This document shows, in pieces, positions 41,654-55,073 of a DNA stretch of 64,000 bases. Where the stretch lies: assembly GCF_006345805.1 (NCBI RefSeq), contig NC_043002.1, forward strand, positions 29,512,001-29,576,000, given 5' to 3'. The position numbers and the translations under genes are program-made. The stretch comes from Octopus sinensis. Taxonomy: Eukaryota. Positions within the stretch are counted from its first letter, which is position 1. Every line of letters starts with the position of its first letter. Under the pieces are notes generated by a model, which had not been told where the DNA came from, did no database searches, and saw only the letters and a program-made list of their open reading frames with translations.

Positions 41654-42156
41654 GGAAGTGTTATCATGTACATTGTTTTGTCTTGGTATAAAAGATGGGC
41701 TACAGCAAATATTCTGCTCAATACCACAGATTTGCTTGTCAGTTGTTTGACCATAACCAGTTGAGCATGTCCCTTAGTGGCTGACGATATGTGCATCTCT
41801 GATCACGAGCAGAAGTAGTGGGGGAGCATCATAGCCATGTGTTGAGAGGGATTCTTTGGGGTTTGAATAGTTCACCTCTGGAAACATGGGTGGTTCTTTC
41901 AACATCCTTAAACAACCCTTATTCAGGGACCTTTTGAGCGGGATGGGGGCTACTCAACCTGAAGAAAATTCTAACTGGGCCCCACCTGCAAGGTCATGTG
42001 CTGTTTATCTTGATATGAGATCACCATGTCGCGCACATATGGTTGTGATGCATGTGCCTGGTGTACCCTTATCAGACGGGTAGTCATGATGGGTATATTG
42101 GGCTTCGTATATTTTACCCCAGTGTCACTTTGATGGCATGAACTGCTCTCTAACTC
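41654..42156 (+). mobile_element. Unclassified ~0.55 kb non-coding element (family X), slightly 5'-truncated, embedded in (AAT)n
   Basis: High similarity to the reverse complements of 55766-56305 and 57225-57778. It ends CTGCTCTCTAACTC followed by (AAT)n. Confidence 0.8.
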
Positions 42157-42188
<32 letters not shown>

Positions 42189-42380
42189 TTTTGACACAAG
42201 GCCAACTCTACTTTAAAGGAAGAAGATTTGTCGATTACATCGATCTCAGTGCTCAGCTGTTGCTAACCCTATCGACGCGAAAAGAAAAAGAGCAAAGGCC
42301 TCTTCGGCGAGATTCGAAATCAGAAACAAAAAAGCCGGAAAAATACTGCAACACTCTTAATATTCCAGCAGTTCATTCTT
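42189..42380 (-). mobile_element. Highly diverged SINE family B copy
   Basis: ACACAAGGCC..GTCGATTACATCGATCTCAGTGCTCAGCTG..ATCGAC motifs. Confidence 0.55.
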
Positions 42381-42674
42381 TCTTGATGATGATGTTGATT
42401 GTGATGATGATAATGATCATGACGATAATGTTGATCTTGACGTTCATGATCACAAAAAGCTAATTATTATAATTAAATTTAGGTTTCTTAATCTAAGCAC
42501 AAGACCAAATATAATAATAAGATTAATACTAACATTTTCTTTTATTTGCCACAAGGGCGTCATATGAGGGAAACATAATAAACACAGCTTCCAATTCTTG
42601 TGAAGGATTACTTAAAATCGAATGAGGGGAACTATACAGGTGATAATGTTAACAATGATAACAATAATAACCAT

Positions 42675-42862
42675 AATCCTCGTCTGGTACCGGATGGATC
42701 CCAAAATCTAATCAGTTCGTGCTAGTCACGGGGCCAAACATCCCTGGAAGTTTCATCCGATTCTATCCTGCAGTTCTTGAGATATAGTGTCCACGGTTAA
42801 ACAAACAATCAAACAAACACGACTGAAACACTACCCCGCCTTCGCTAAGGCAGAGGTAATAA
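42675..42862 (+). mobile_element. Helentron/HINE (DINE-1-like) non-autonomous element, 3' part
   Basis: CCAAAATCTAATCAGTTC..AAGTTTCATC..TTGAGATAT, a (CAAA)n block, then subterminal hairpin GCCTT-CGCT-AAGGC followed by AGAGGTAAT. Architecture judged by eye. Confidence 0.45.
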
Positions 42863-42928
42863 CAACAACAACAACACAACAACAACAACAACAATAATAA
42901 TAATAACAATAATAATAATAATAATAAC

Positions 42929-42972
<44 letters not shown>

Positions 42973-43067
42973 TAATAATAATAATGATAATAATAATAAT
43001 GATGATGATTTTAAGGACTTCTTTAAAATTTAATGATTTTAATAATAATAATAATAATAAAAATAAA

Positions 43068-43115
<48 letters not shown>

Positions 43116-43796
43116 CATAATAATAATCATGAAATTAATAATAACTGTGGAGTCTGTGCAGTTGTTGATGTTGTATGCACAGTTCCACTGTGCATGTACT
43201 GCACATATAGGAACACAGGCAGAGGTGTATGTATACTTCGTGACTTAATTGCATCGCTAGTAGCTACTGGTTACAGAAAATGCTGGTACTGGCAGCCTTT
43301 GTGATGCTGGTGTCGTTGACATCACTGCTGACGTGCCAGATGCTCTCATCCAGTAGTCTTCCACCACCACTGCTGCTACGAATACTGTTACCGCTGCTGC
43401 TGTTATTCTCCTCCTACTACTACTACTACATTAAAAATCATTCACATCATCTTCATCATCATTCACATCCTCGTCTTCTACACCATTGTCATCATCAATA
43501 ATATCATCATCATCATCAACATTATTCTCCTCCACCTCGTCATCATCATTATTAGCACCGTTGTAGACGCCCACGTCATTCTACTGCTGTAGACAACCTG
43601 GTTGCTTGATCTCGAAATTATTGTATCCGAAACAATTTTCTTTTTCTTTGACTTTCACGTCGACAGTCTCTAGTTCCCGGACATTATAAGAGCACCTCCT
43701 GTATGTTTCGATCAAGAATATCGCCGATAGAGTAGATCAACAGCATTCCAGTGATAACAAACTCACTTAGTTTTTCAAGTAAATTGTTTGTACGAG

Positions 43797-44672
43797 CAGG
43801 GCCGTATTACGTAACAGGGATGCCCTAAGCACTTAAAAATTTTTGGTACCCCCAAATATATATACAGGGTGCAGTGAATAAACTGTCATCTAAATTTCAC
43901 AAAAATGAAAATAACACTAGCATCTTATTTTAACAGATATATTTACCAAAATTATATAAAATTATCTTGAAATACTAAAGAGTAAATTTATTCAGTAAAA
44001 TTGCCAAAGGCTTCCACCATGACCTCCAGACGACTTCGGAATCTCCTGCAACTCTTCCAAACGTTCTCCTTGTTTAATATGCTGAATACTGCCATAATCT
44101 TTGCTTTTAGTTCATCTTTGGTGTTACAAAGAGTTTTGTTGGTGTCTCGCTCAATTGCACCCCACACAAAATAATTAAGGGGGAAGTCTGGGGAGTTCTG
44201 TGGCCAGATGTTAGGGGTGGTGTGGTCGCAGAAATCGTCTGACAGCCATGAATAGGTTTTCTGCCTGTGTGACATGGTGCAGAGTCCTGTTGCCAGACAC
44301 AGGGATTCCAGGAGCCACCCTCTTGATCCAGGGCAACACTACCTCCTCCAGGTACTTGATTTAGGCCTCCATGATGAGTCTAAAGCCATGCGGGAAGATG
44401 AATGGAGGTAAAAATTTCATTTCTAATTTTTTGTTGTTGTTCCTTATATTCCATAAATGGACCACAAGTGTGTTACTTCGGCATCATCATTACTAGAGGT
44501 CACTAAACTTCTACCCATTGTAGAGATAAGGTATCCCGAATATTATTTTAGCAATTTTTATGCGTTTCTTTTGTGCCGTAAACTATTTACCATTTCTGTG
44601 GTGCCTCCCTTCCCCCTTTCCCTTGAAGCCTTAAGCACGTGCTTATTTAAATTAATGGTTAATTCAGCGCTG
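43797..44672. mobile_element. hAT-type non-autonomous element (MITE) with 8-bp TSD
   Basis: Termini CAGGGCCGTATTA and TAATTCAGCGCTG are imperfect inverted repeats. Flanks TGTACGAG (43789-43796) and TGTACGAT (44673-44680) match at 7 of 8. Confidence 0.75.
43865..44415 (-). mobile_element. Tc1/mariner maT (DD37D-type) transposon right end with transposase C-terminus
   Basis: TA-CAGGGTG terminus. Minus strand gives YLEEVVLPWIK, WQQDSAPCH and WPQNSPDFPLNYFVWG..CRRFRSRLE. Spacing fits DD37D if one deleted codon is restored. Confidence 0.8.
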
Positions 44673-44907
44673 TGTACGATTATATTATGCATTGGAACAT
44701 ATACCCTTAGGTACCTTGTAGATCTAAGATGGTTGGTTGTGATTTTTCATGCATTTGGAAAGTTCTTTTTTGTCTTGTAGCAATTCACGTTACCAAAAGT
44801 AACAGTCGGATTGTATTTGAATACTTTTGTTCTTAAACACAATCGCCACCCCCACCACTACCATCACTATCAGTACCACTATTACAACTATGACAATGAC
44901 GACGCTG

Positions 44908-44950
<43 letters not shown>

Positions 44951-45364
44951 TACTACTACTACTACTGCCGCCACTACCACACCACCAATAAAAACAGCAA
45001 CAATAATAACAACATAAATAACAACAGCAACAACTGCCGCTGCTACTACTACTACTACTACTACTACTACTATTACTACTACTGCTGCTGCTGCGGCTGC
45101 CGTTGCTGCTTCTGTTGTTTCAAGTACAAAAATTAAATCCTGTACTAATACTAATAATAGTCAGTCGACTTAACTATTTCCGTAAGTAAAACAGGGCGAC
45201 ATACGTACGAAAATAGCAGACACCTATCTCTGGAGCTAATCTCGAATGACAGCTCCCCTAGATTGTACTGTATGGTCAATAATGCTGCGAATTATTTCCG
45301 AATACCTTCCAGTGCATCATCTTATCCACCTATTTTTGTATATTATTTGGTTGTAACTAAGTTA

Positions 45365-45668
45365 CGGGAATAAGTAACAGTTGAGCACTGGGGTTGGTGT
45401 AACCCACTTTACCCTTCCTACGAAATTGCTGCCTTTAGGCCAAAATTTGAAACCATTATTATTAAGGCGACCAGCTGGCAGAATAGTTATCACGACGAGC
45501 AAAATGCCTCGCATCATTTCGTCCGTCTATACGATCTGAGTTCAAATGCCGCTGAGGTCAACTTTGCCTTTTGACGATAAAATAAATACCAGTTGAGCAC
45601 TGGCCTGGATGTAATCGAAGGAATCCCTTCCCCGGATTTGCTGTCTTTGTACCAAAATTTGAAATCAA
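45365..45668 (+). mobile_element. SINE family B: tail fragment (~45365-45455) plus full copy (45464-45668)
   Basis: AAGGCGACCAGCTGGCAGAATAGTTA..CTGAGTTCAAATGCCGCTGAGGTCAACTTTGCC..CAGTTGAGCACTGG..CCAAAATTTGAAATC. Confidence 0.75.
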
Positions 45669-46459
45669 TATTATTGTTTTTCTCTTGGAGAGGGCCGAAG
45701 GGCTGAAGCAGTAGAATGTCGGAACAACCACTTATATCTAGAACTCTAAATTTCTGTGTTGAGATCTCACCTAAATGAATATCTGCCATTCATTATTCAG
45801 GGTCGATAAATCAATGGTCAATCAGCCATTTTATTCCAGCCTTGTGTTTATATTAGAAGCATTTATATTCCTTTACATTAGTTTTATGATGATGCGAAGT
45901 GAAACGACAACGACCAAGATGTTGAAGGTTGTGATGGTGAATTGGAAGACAAGGCATACGATACTAATGGTGATATCCTTGCGTATCTCCAGATCACTTC
46001 TGATAGAGATGGTCTCTGGCCCTCAAGGACAATTCATCTACAATCATCCATTTTCCTTTCTGTAAATAATTGCTTAATATAAATTTCTTTATCGAGGACA
46101 GCAGATTCTAATGTGAAGGAGATTTGGTGGCTGTTTCTTCTAGCTAATCGAAGAACCACAGTGAAATTCCGTTATAAAGTGAGTACTAGCATCATTGTCA
46201 TAAACGGTGCCGATGTTGGAATTATTGATGCTATTTCGTTAATTGTTCCATATATTGTAAAGAGTTGTCTTCTCCTACCTCTACTCCAAAAGAGTTAAAT
46301 AATGTACCAAAATTACCTCTACCCCCGTAGTCATGCTGAAATTAATTAATACTGCGAATGCAGAATCAAATAATAATTAAAACAAAAACAGGAAAAGCAA
46401 CAACAACAACGATGATGATGATGATGATGATGATGATAACGATGATAATAATAATAATA

Positions 46460-46532
<73 letters not shown>

Positions 46533-46920
46533 TAATGGGTTACAGGTAAGTTTAACAACATGCATTTATAAACGCATCTGTCTTGCAATTATAGTTTTTG
46601 AACTTCGGATCCTGCATTATCTGAAACACAACAGCATACAGTGTACGCGTGCCGTAGAACAGTGGTACGAGTGTGCATCAATTGCATGTGCACATGTGTC
46701 CAGATGCATTGCTGCAAATTCATGCTGATGTATTCATAAGTCAGAAAACATTATCTTTCGATCACGTAGCCTCGATATAGCTTTGTCACGCGGTCTTTTA
46801 TATGCATTTGAATTTATATAGACCATATACACAAGCAAAAATGACACTCGTAGGCATGCATATACAGAAACACGCATATATATGTGTGTGTGTATGTATT
46901 TATGTATGTATATATATATT

Positions 46921-46951
<31 letters not shown>

Positions 46952-47702
46952 TATATATATAATATATATATATATATAATATATATATATATACATCTCT
47001 ACGTGTGTGTATATGTGTGTGTAGGGATGTTATATTTCTTTATAAACATCTATTCAGACATTCATATAACGCAATCGGACGCGTGCGATTGCAATCATTT
47101 ATTATTTTACTGATATTAAGCTCTTCACGAATCCATTGAGAGCAAAACTATATATCATTAACAAACAAAAACCTTATATTATTAGGGATGAAAACATTTA
47201 ACAGTTTATGTGAGGTATATATCTCATGCTTTTCATTAAAGATAATTCTATAGTAATAATGTCATTTGTTTAATCCTGATGAGAAACATGATCATTTCTT
47301 CATGTGCTTAACTCTTTTCAAGAAGAAATTTATAAAGGTGAACAAAATCATGTCTTATCGACCGCTTCACATAAAATATTCCTTTAAAAATTAGTTTTAA
47401 TGACATGTTATTTCACAGCACTTTGTTCAGTATTTTACCTTTTAATTGAATATTTAAATATATTTCTATATTAAAGTTATCTATCCGTCCACCACTTTTT
47501 TGAATTCTATGCAGTTTTATAAGTTTTGATCACTGTATACCTATATAAAATCCGTATGTTCAGACGTGCAATAGTTTTGATAACTAAAGTGGATTGTCTT
47601 CTTTTATCGTTTATTAAGAATGGAAGACACTAATCTTGACCATCCACAGATCGTCAATATATGGTTTGAGGGAGGACGTAATTCTCGAACGCAGATCAAA
47701 TA

Positions 47703-47840
47703 TTAGGTTGTCCCAAAAGTTCGTAAATCTGGAATATAAAGATGAAGGTAACTATAACAATATAAACCCAAACAAACAATTAAAAATTGCATAAAAATTC
47801 AAATTTTCGCAAGTGTTTACGAACTTTTGGGACAACCTTA
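47703..47840. mobile_element. 138-bp mariner-type MITE
   Basis: TIRs TTAGGTTGTCCCAAAAGTTCGTAAA / TTTACGAACTTTTGGGACAACCTTA (one mismatch), TA on both flanks. The TTAGGTTG start is typical of mariner ends. Confidence 0.9.
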
Positions 47841-48519
47841 TAATTGCAAAAGGGTGGATTCCGCTAAATGTACAAAGTTACCAGTTAGTGATGTGATGAC
47901 GGCGATAGATTCAATCAACCACTCAAGTATGACATGACATTATTTAAATGCAGAAAGCAAAAAAACTGGAATAAATAGCCTAAGTCATCTAGTCCGGACG
48001 TCTTAAAGTACCTAGGTTGGTACGTTTTTTGAAATCACTTAACGTGATATGTAGTGTATATAATAATTTATTTGCAGAGATTATCTCAAAGTAACTCAAG
48101 GGTCTATAGTTTCTTCTCAAGACACTTATAATATTTGAGTATGTCAAGACCTTTGATACCAAACTCTAGAGCTTTAATACGCCCGCACACACACACACAA
48201 ACACACACACACAGAGAAACAGACACACAAGTATATGTATCTATATGTAAACTCCGAGAATGATATATGATAAGAAGCACTCAGCTCTGAAAGCACAGTT
48301 ATAGCAGAAACAGCGGTCAAATAGTGAAGTTTATGGAATAATTTCCTGACCCTTTGTCGTTTTTTAAAAATGTCTTCTGTGTGTGTGTTTGTATTGGTGA
48401 TGGGGTGTTGTCTCTATAGACCCAAGGAGTATCATCGATTCATCGATTTCTAATTACTATTGCTATCCTTGTGGATTATGATTGATTTCGCACACATGAT
48501 ATGACAGACACAAACGAAT

Positions 48520-48710
48520 TATGAACATTACTTTCTTTGACATGATCAGGAATGAAGAGATCCTACAAGGTGCTGGATAGAAATTTACGATGGCTGGGCC
48601 AAGCGCACATGATGGAGAAGAACAGACTCCAAAGAGAAATCCCTTACACCCAACTCTGCGAGGAGGAAATTAAGCCATGGAATACCTGGGTTGATATATT
48701 GCAAAAACTA
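48520..48710 (+). mobile_element. Decayed RTE-clade LINE C-terminal relic
   Basis: DMIRNEEILQGAG, then after a frameshift LRWLGQAHMMEKNRLQREIPYTQL, resembling RTE ..NEE.L..A.. / LRWLGHV.RM...R.PK.LLY.EL. Confidence 0.6.
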
Positions 48711-49534
48711 ATACGAAATGGGAATTGATCATAATAAATGGAAAACCCAAGTTTGTAGAAAGCTTATCAAGTCATATCAAAGTCATGAACAATCATAGTC
48801 ATGACCACTGCCTGCGGGTAACAGTGTTGGTTTTGTGCTTGGTGACTTTGATAGGGCTGTTTAGGGATTATAATATTATTGAGGACCTTACACTTGGTGA
48901 TTATGATTATGTTACTAGTGGATTGCGATAGTGTTGGTTTACATATTGTGATACCGATGGTCCTAGTAGTGATTTGTGAGTGATAGCAGTCAATTGCAAT
49001 AGTGCGGTTTTTATATATGGGGATTGTGATAGTGGTGGTCTTATGCGTGGATATTATGATATTGTTGACCTTGGACGTGTATCAGTAACTGTTTTTCAGT
49101 CGGTATCATTAATACCATTCATGTTGTTATTTATGAAAAAAATATTATATCAGATATGTCCTTTCAGAATTTAAAAGACGAATGTGTCATATTCAGGTGA
49201 TATACTCGGTGTTTGTAGCTAGTGATCAGGTGACCAACAAGGCTAAGATAGAAAATGGTATTTATATTAGTGTTGGACGAAGTAATAATGGTCTTATTGG
49301 CGTTGATGGTGACAGAGATGTTGTTTGGAGCTGTACAATTAGTAGAATTGATTTTATATACAAATTCAAGCGCACTCATGTGGTTGTATGTATAAATGTA
49401 TGTATGCATCTATCTATGTATGTGTGTATGTATGGATATATATAAATATATATGTATATACATATATATACATATGCATACACCTACATATCCAAATACA
49501 TATTGAGTATATCTATACAGTAGGTATGTACATA

Positions 49535-49575
<41 letters not shown>

Positions 49576-49879
49576 AATGTATATATATAGAGAGAGAAAG
49601 AGAGAGAGAGGGAGAGAGAGTCAGAGAGAATATATCCATTTATATATGTATTTATAAATATATATACATAGATACATATATATATCATACTATATGCATA
49701 TGATATATATAAATACAATACGTATATATTCGTGTACATACTTACGCATACATAAATACACACACACCTATCAGTACGTAATGCTCGTGTACATAAACAC
49801 ACATATATTAATTGTCTGTGAGTCTGTCTCTGTGTGTTTGCGAGAAACAGGGAGAGAGAGAGAGTGAGAAAGTTTGTGT

Positions 49880-49936
<57 letters not shown>

Positions 49937-50514
49937 GTGTGTGTGTGTGTGAATGTGTGCATAGGCGCGCATTATACAGATATTGTTCGTAATAAACTTC
50001 CGGCGCCATTCGTTTGAAGTGATCTGATGGCCGGCTTATAATGGACTATCATTAGGACGTTTGTTAGTGGGCTGAGGACATTGGGGATGGGGCGGACGGG
50101 GGATACAGAAATGGTCAGAGAGGTTTGGAGAAACAGATAGACAGAATGTACTTTATATATGTTAGAGCGTAGCAGGCACACTGTAGTGTGTTTATTCCTC
50201 ATGTTGCTGTGTATGTGTGTGTATGTTTGTGTGCCTGTGTATGCATATGAGGGTGGGTGGGGTATACGTGTATTTGAGGATATGTGAGTCTGTGTGCTTG
50301 AGAGTGTCACTGCATTTTTTGGAGATATAGTTTGTATTAAAACGGAACGAATTCAAATAGATAAACAGACACTTGAATATGCCCATAAACTTACACAAAT
50401 ATGTTTAATATGTACATATAATATATATATATGTATGTATGTATGCATGTATATAAGTATCTCTTGTGTGTGTTCTCTCCCTCCCTCCTATTCCCTAAGT
50501 GTGTCTCTTTCATG

Positions 50515-50545
<31 letters not shown>

Positions 50546-50619
50546 TATATATAAACTCACACACACGCAAATACACGCACACACACACATATGGACTGTC
50601 AAAAATTATATATACACAT

Positions 50620-50664
50620 ATAGATAGATAGATGGACCGATAGATGGATAGATAGATACAAAGG

Positions 50665-50735
<71 letters not shown>

Positions 50736-50736
50736 G

Positions 50737-50782
<46 letters not shown>

Positions 50783-50783
50783 C

Positions 50784-50828
<45 letters not shown>

Positions 50829-50830
50829 TA
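50620..50830. repeat. (GATA)n tetranucleotide array
   Basis: Direct reading. Confidence 0.95.
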
Positions 50831-51149
50831 GAGAGAGAGAGAGAGAGACAATGAAAGAGGAGAAGGGGAGTTATCAGAACTAGATTCTGTAGGTATTTAA
50901 CTTCAGAAAAAGAGTCAGAGGGATTCGCAGGGGAAAAAGAAACAGTAGAGAAGTGGGAGGGAGACAGAATAGAAGAAGGAGTGTCAGAGATTACTTGCGA
51001 AAGAAACTGACCAATAATAATTACTAATCTGTACAGTAGATCAATAGAATGGAATGATGAATAAATAATAAAAGATAAAAAAATGAACGTAAACAGTTTC
51101 AAATGTGAGGGGAGAATAAAGAGTCATTCGTGGGTACCGCCATATACAT

Positions 51150-51207
<58 letters not shown>

Positions 51208-51707
51208 CTATAAATGTACATATATATATATGTGTGTGTAGGTGTGTGTGTGTATGTATACATATATATATATTTATAGAAATACATATACATGCATATA
51301 TAAATTCTATATATGAAAATACGTGTGTTTATATACAAATATATTTATGGTTATATACATGTACATAAGGTCCCACAATGCCTGAGTATACGTATAGAAT
51401 TTCAGACAAGACTGGTTTGTCAAGACAAAGACAGAATATATTGATAGAAAAATGAATAAAGAGAATAAACGGTAAAAGAGAATATTGCTCTGAAGGTATA
51501 CAGGAATTTCGCTAAAAACGAAGAAATACATAGCTGATTGTATATATACGACATATATACGTGTGTGTATATGTGTGTGTGTATTTGTGTTAGTTAGGAA
51601 TCTGGTGGAACGTTAGTGAAAATCTTAGTGCGCTGTGTGATCTGAGAAATGATAACAAACACTTCAAGAATATAGCGGCCAAAGGATCGAATGAGCAACG
51701 TAGGCAA

Positions 51708-51868
51708 AGAAGAAGAAGAAGAAGAAGAAGAAGAAGAAGAAGAAGAAGAGAAGAAGAAGAGAAGAAGAAGAAGAAGAAGAAAAGAAGAAGAAGAAAAGAA
51801 GAAGAAGAAGAAGAAGAAAGAAGAAGAAGAAGAAGAAGAAGAAGAAGAAGAAGAAGAAGAAGAAGAAA
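51708..51868. repeat. (AGA)n trinucleotide array
   Basis: Direct reading; source of the poly-E/K/F/L ORFs. Confidence 0.95.
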
Positions 51869-52063
51869 TGCTCTTGAAGCAAATGAAAATAGCTTCTCAA
51901 ATACTTTATTTACTATTAAATCATTGAATAACAAAAGAAAGAGGCATAAAATGTTTAAAAGACGATGGCGTTGTCTTAGTCGAAGAAACTAAAATACTCT
52001 CCACATAACCGCCAATACTGCTAGCCACAGCACTTCAAACTATCAAAACCACCACCACCACCT

Positions 52064-52175
<112 letters not shown>

Positions 52176-52504
52176 ACTACTACTACTACTACTACTACTG
52201 TTGCTGCTGCTACTTCTGTTGCTGCTGATATTACTACTATTACTACAACTAACAAATCTACCATTGCCCCTATCATTTACAAACTGCAACAACGCTATTG
52301 CAAGTGCAACACACCCGAAAATGAAGATAGACATAGGAATGGTAAATATGTTGTGACCATTCAGAAGACAATCAGAAGACCGTCCAGTTGGAATGGATTA
52401 TTTGCAACAATTCACTGATTTGTCTTCAATTGTCAGAAATCTAAGCTTCATTATTATTATTTTTATTATTATTATTATTATTACTATTATTACTATTATT
52501 ATTA

Positions 52505-52723
52505 TTATTATTACTGTTGTCGTCGTCGACATCCTCTTCATCATCATCACCATCGTCTTCACCATCATCATTATTATTAAAAGCATGCATCAGTATTAAT
52601 ATCAGTAGTGGCCGTAATAATAATAATAATAATAGTAGTAGTAGTAGTAGTAGTAGTAGTTTTTGTTGGTGTAGCCTTTCACAATAATGAGTGATTATTG
52701 ATTTCGGCTTGCTTACGAAAGAG

Positions 52724-52801
<78 letters not shown>

Positions 52802-53736
52802 TGATACAATCGTTCTGTAAAGCATAAAATGTATAAGATAAAAGAAGCAAACAACACGGCCTCTCTATCCATGTTGACGACATAGAAGGGAGGCGAACAT
52901 GGGGAGTGAGAGAGTGAGAGAGAGAGAGAGAAGAGAGAGAGAGAGGAGGAGGGAGAATGGAAGAGTGAGAGACAGATGTTGGTTGGTTATTATCAATTAG
53001 TGAAACAAACATGTAACATTCCTACTGCCATAACAACTGACCAATAGCGTATATATATATATATATACACACAATATGAAGGCTACCAACTGACTGCAAA
53101 CAAAATCAACTGATTGCTATCAGCTAACAAAGACATTGATCATCAATAGAACTACAAAATTAACTGAACTGGTCAACACAATAGCAAGAAATCAAGAAAA
53201 CAAACAATCAACAAGTGACCAAGAGCTGGGTAAGAAAAACACGACATGAACTGACCAGGAAAAAATATGTGCCTGAAGGTGAATGATGTAGCGCGGTGAG
53301 TGTGTCCGCATCGCTCGCTAATTACCAGGGACATTGCATTAGTGGCTATGCAATGTCTCTGGAGCCTTCACGAGTCGATGGGTAGACTCCTATGTGGTCG
53401 GTGCGCTGATATTTCAGGGAGTTGCCAAATCTCCCTAAAATAATGCTGTCTAGTTAAATGTGAGAGAAATAATATACGCCTACTAGTTCCTAAACTGACG
53501 AGAAACTTTTGAATGTAAGTTTGCGTAATATGAAATAATCTGAAACTAAACATTCTTCTTCTTCTTCTTATTATTATTATTATTATGTTTTTTCCTTCTT
53601 TCTTCAAATTTTCTTCCGTTTCTCGCCGAGTGTTTTCCATACACCTAGGGCAGAGAAATTACCAGGGACATTGCATTAGTGGCTATGCAATGTCTCTGGA
53701 TAATAATATGGTTGTGATGCATGTGCCCAGTTAGAA

Positions 53737-53778
<42 letters not shown>

Positions 53779-54042
53779 TATACTATTATTATTATTATTA
53801 TTACTGTTGTCGTCGTCGACATCCTCTTCATCATCATCACCATCGTCTTCACCATCATCATTATTATTAAAAGCATGCATCAGTATTATATCAGTAGTGG
53901 CCGTAATAATAATAATAATAATAGTAGTAGTAGTATAGTAGTAGTAGTAGTTTTTGTTGGTGTAGCCTTTCACAATAATGAGTGATTATTGATTTCGGCT
54001 TGCTTACGAAAGAGATAATAATAATAATATAATAATAATAAT

Positions 54043-54075
<33 letters not shown>

Positions 54076-54220
54076 AATAATATAATAATAATAATAATAA
54101 TAACAATGATACAATCGTTCTGTAAAGCATAAAATGTATAAGATAAAAGAAGCAAACAACACGGCCTCTCTATCCATGTTGACGACATAGAAGGGAGGCG
54201 AACATGGGGAGTGAGAGAGT

Positions 54221-54251
<31 letters not shown>

Positions 54252-54342
54252 GAGGGAGAATGGAAGAGTGAGAGACAGATGTTGGTTGGTTATTATCAAT
54301 TAGTGAAACAAACATGTAACTTCCTACTGCCATAACAACTGA

Positions 54343-54387
<45 letters not shown>

Positions 54388-55073
54388 CATATATATATAT
54401 ACACACAATATGAAGGCTACCAACTGACTGCAAACAAAATCAACTGATTGCTATCAGCTAACAAAGACATTGATCATCAATAGAGCTACAAAATTAACTG
54501 AACTGGTCAACACAATAGCAAGAAATCAAGGAAACAAACAAATCAACAAGTGACCAAGAGCTGGGTAAGAAAAACACGACATGAACTGACCAGGAAAAAA
54601 TATGTGCCTGAAGGTGAATGATGTAGCGCGGTGAGTGTGTCCGCATCGCTCGCTAATTACCAGGGACATTGCATTAGTGGCTATGCAATGTCTCTGGAGC
54701 CTTCACGAGTCGATGGGTAGACTCCTATGTGGTCGGTGCGCTGATAATTTCAGGGAGTTGCCAAATCTCCCTAAAATAATGCTGTCTAGTTAAATGTGAG
54801 AGAAATAATATACGCCTACTAGTTCCTAAACTGACGAGAAACTTTTGAATGTAAGTTTGCGTAATATGAAATAATCTGAAACTAAACATTCTTCTTCTTC
54901 TTCTTATTATTATTATTATTATGTTTTTTCCTTCTTTCTTCAAATTTTCTTCCGTTTCTCGCCGAGTGTTTTCCATACACCTAGGGCAGAGAAAATTACC
55001 AGGGACATTGCATTAGTGGCTATGCAATGTCTCTGGATAATAATATGGTTGTGATGCATGTGCCCAGTTAGAA

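Noticed and set aside
41832-41920. HDV-like ribozyme topology inside family X (CCATGT/ACATGG, TGAATA/TATTCA, TTC/GAA around ACCTCTG)
   Set aside because: G1 has no partner, L3 lacks the U-G pair, and there is no C-R-A junction between P4 and P2.
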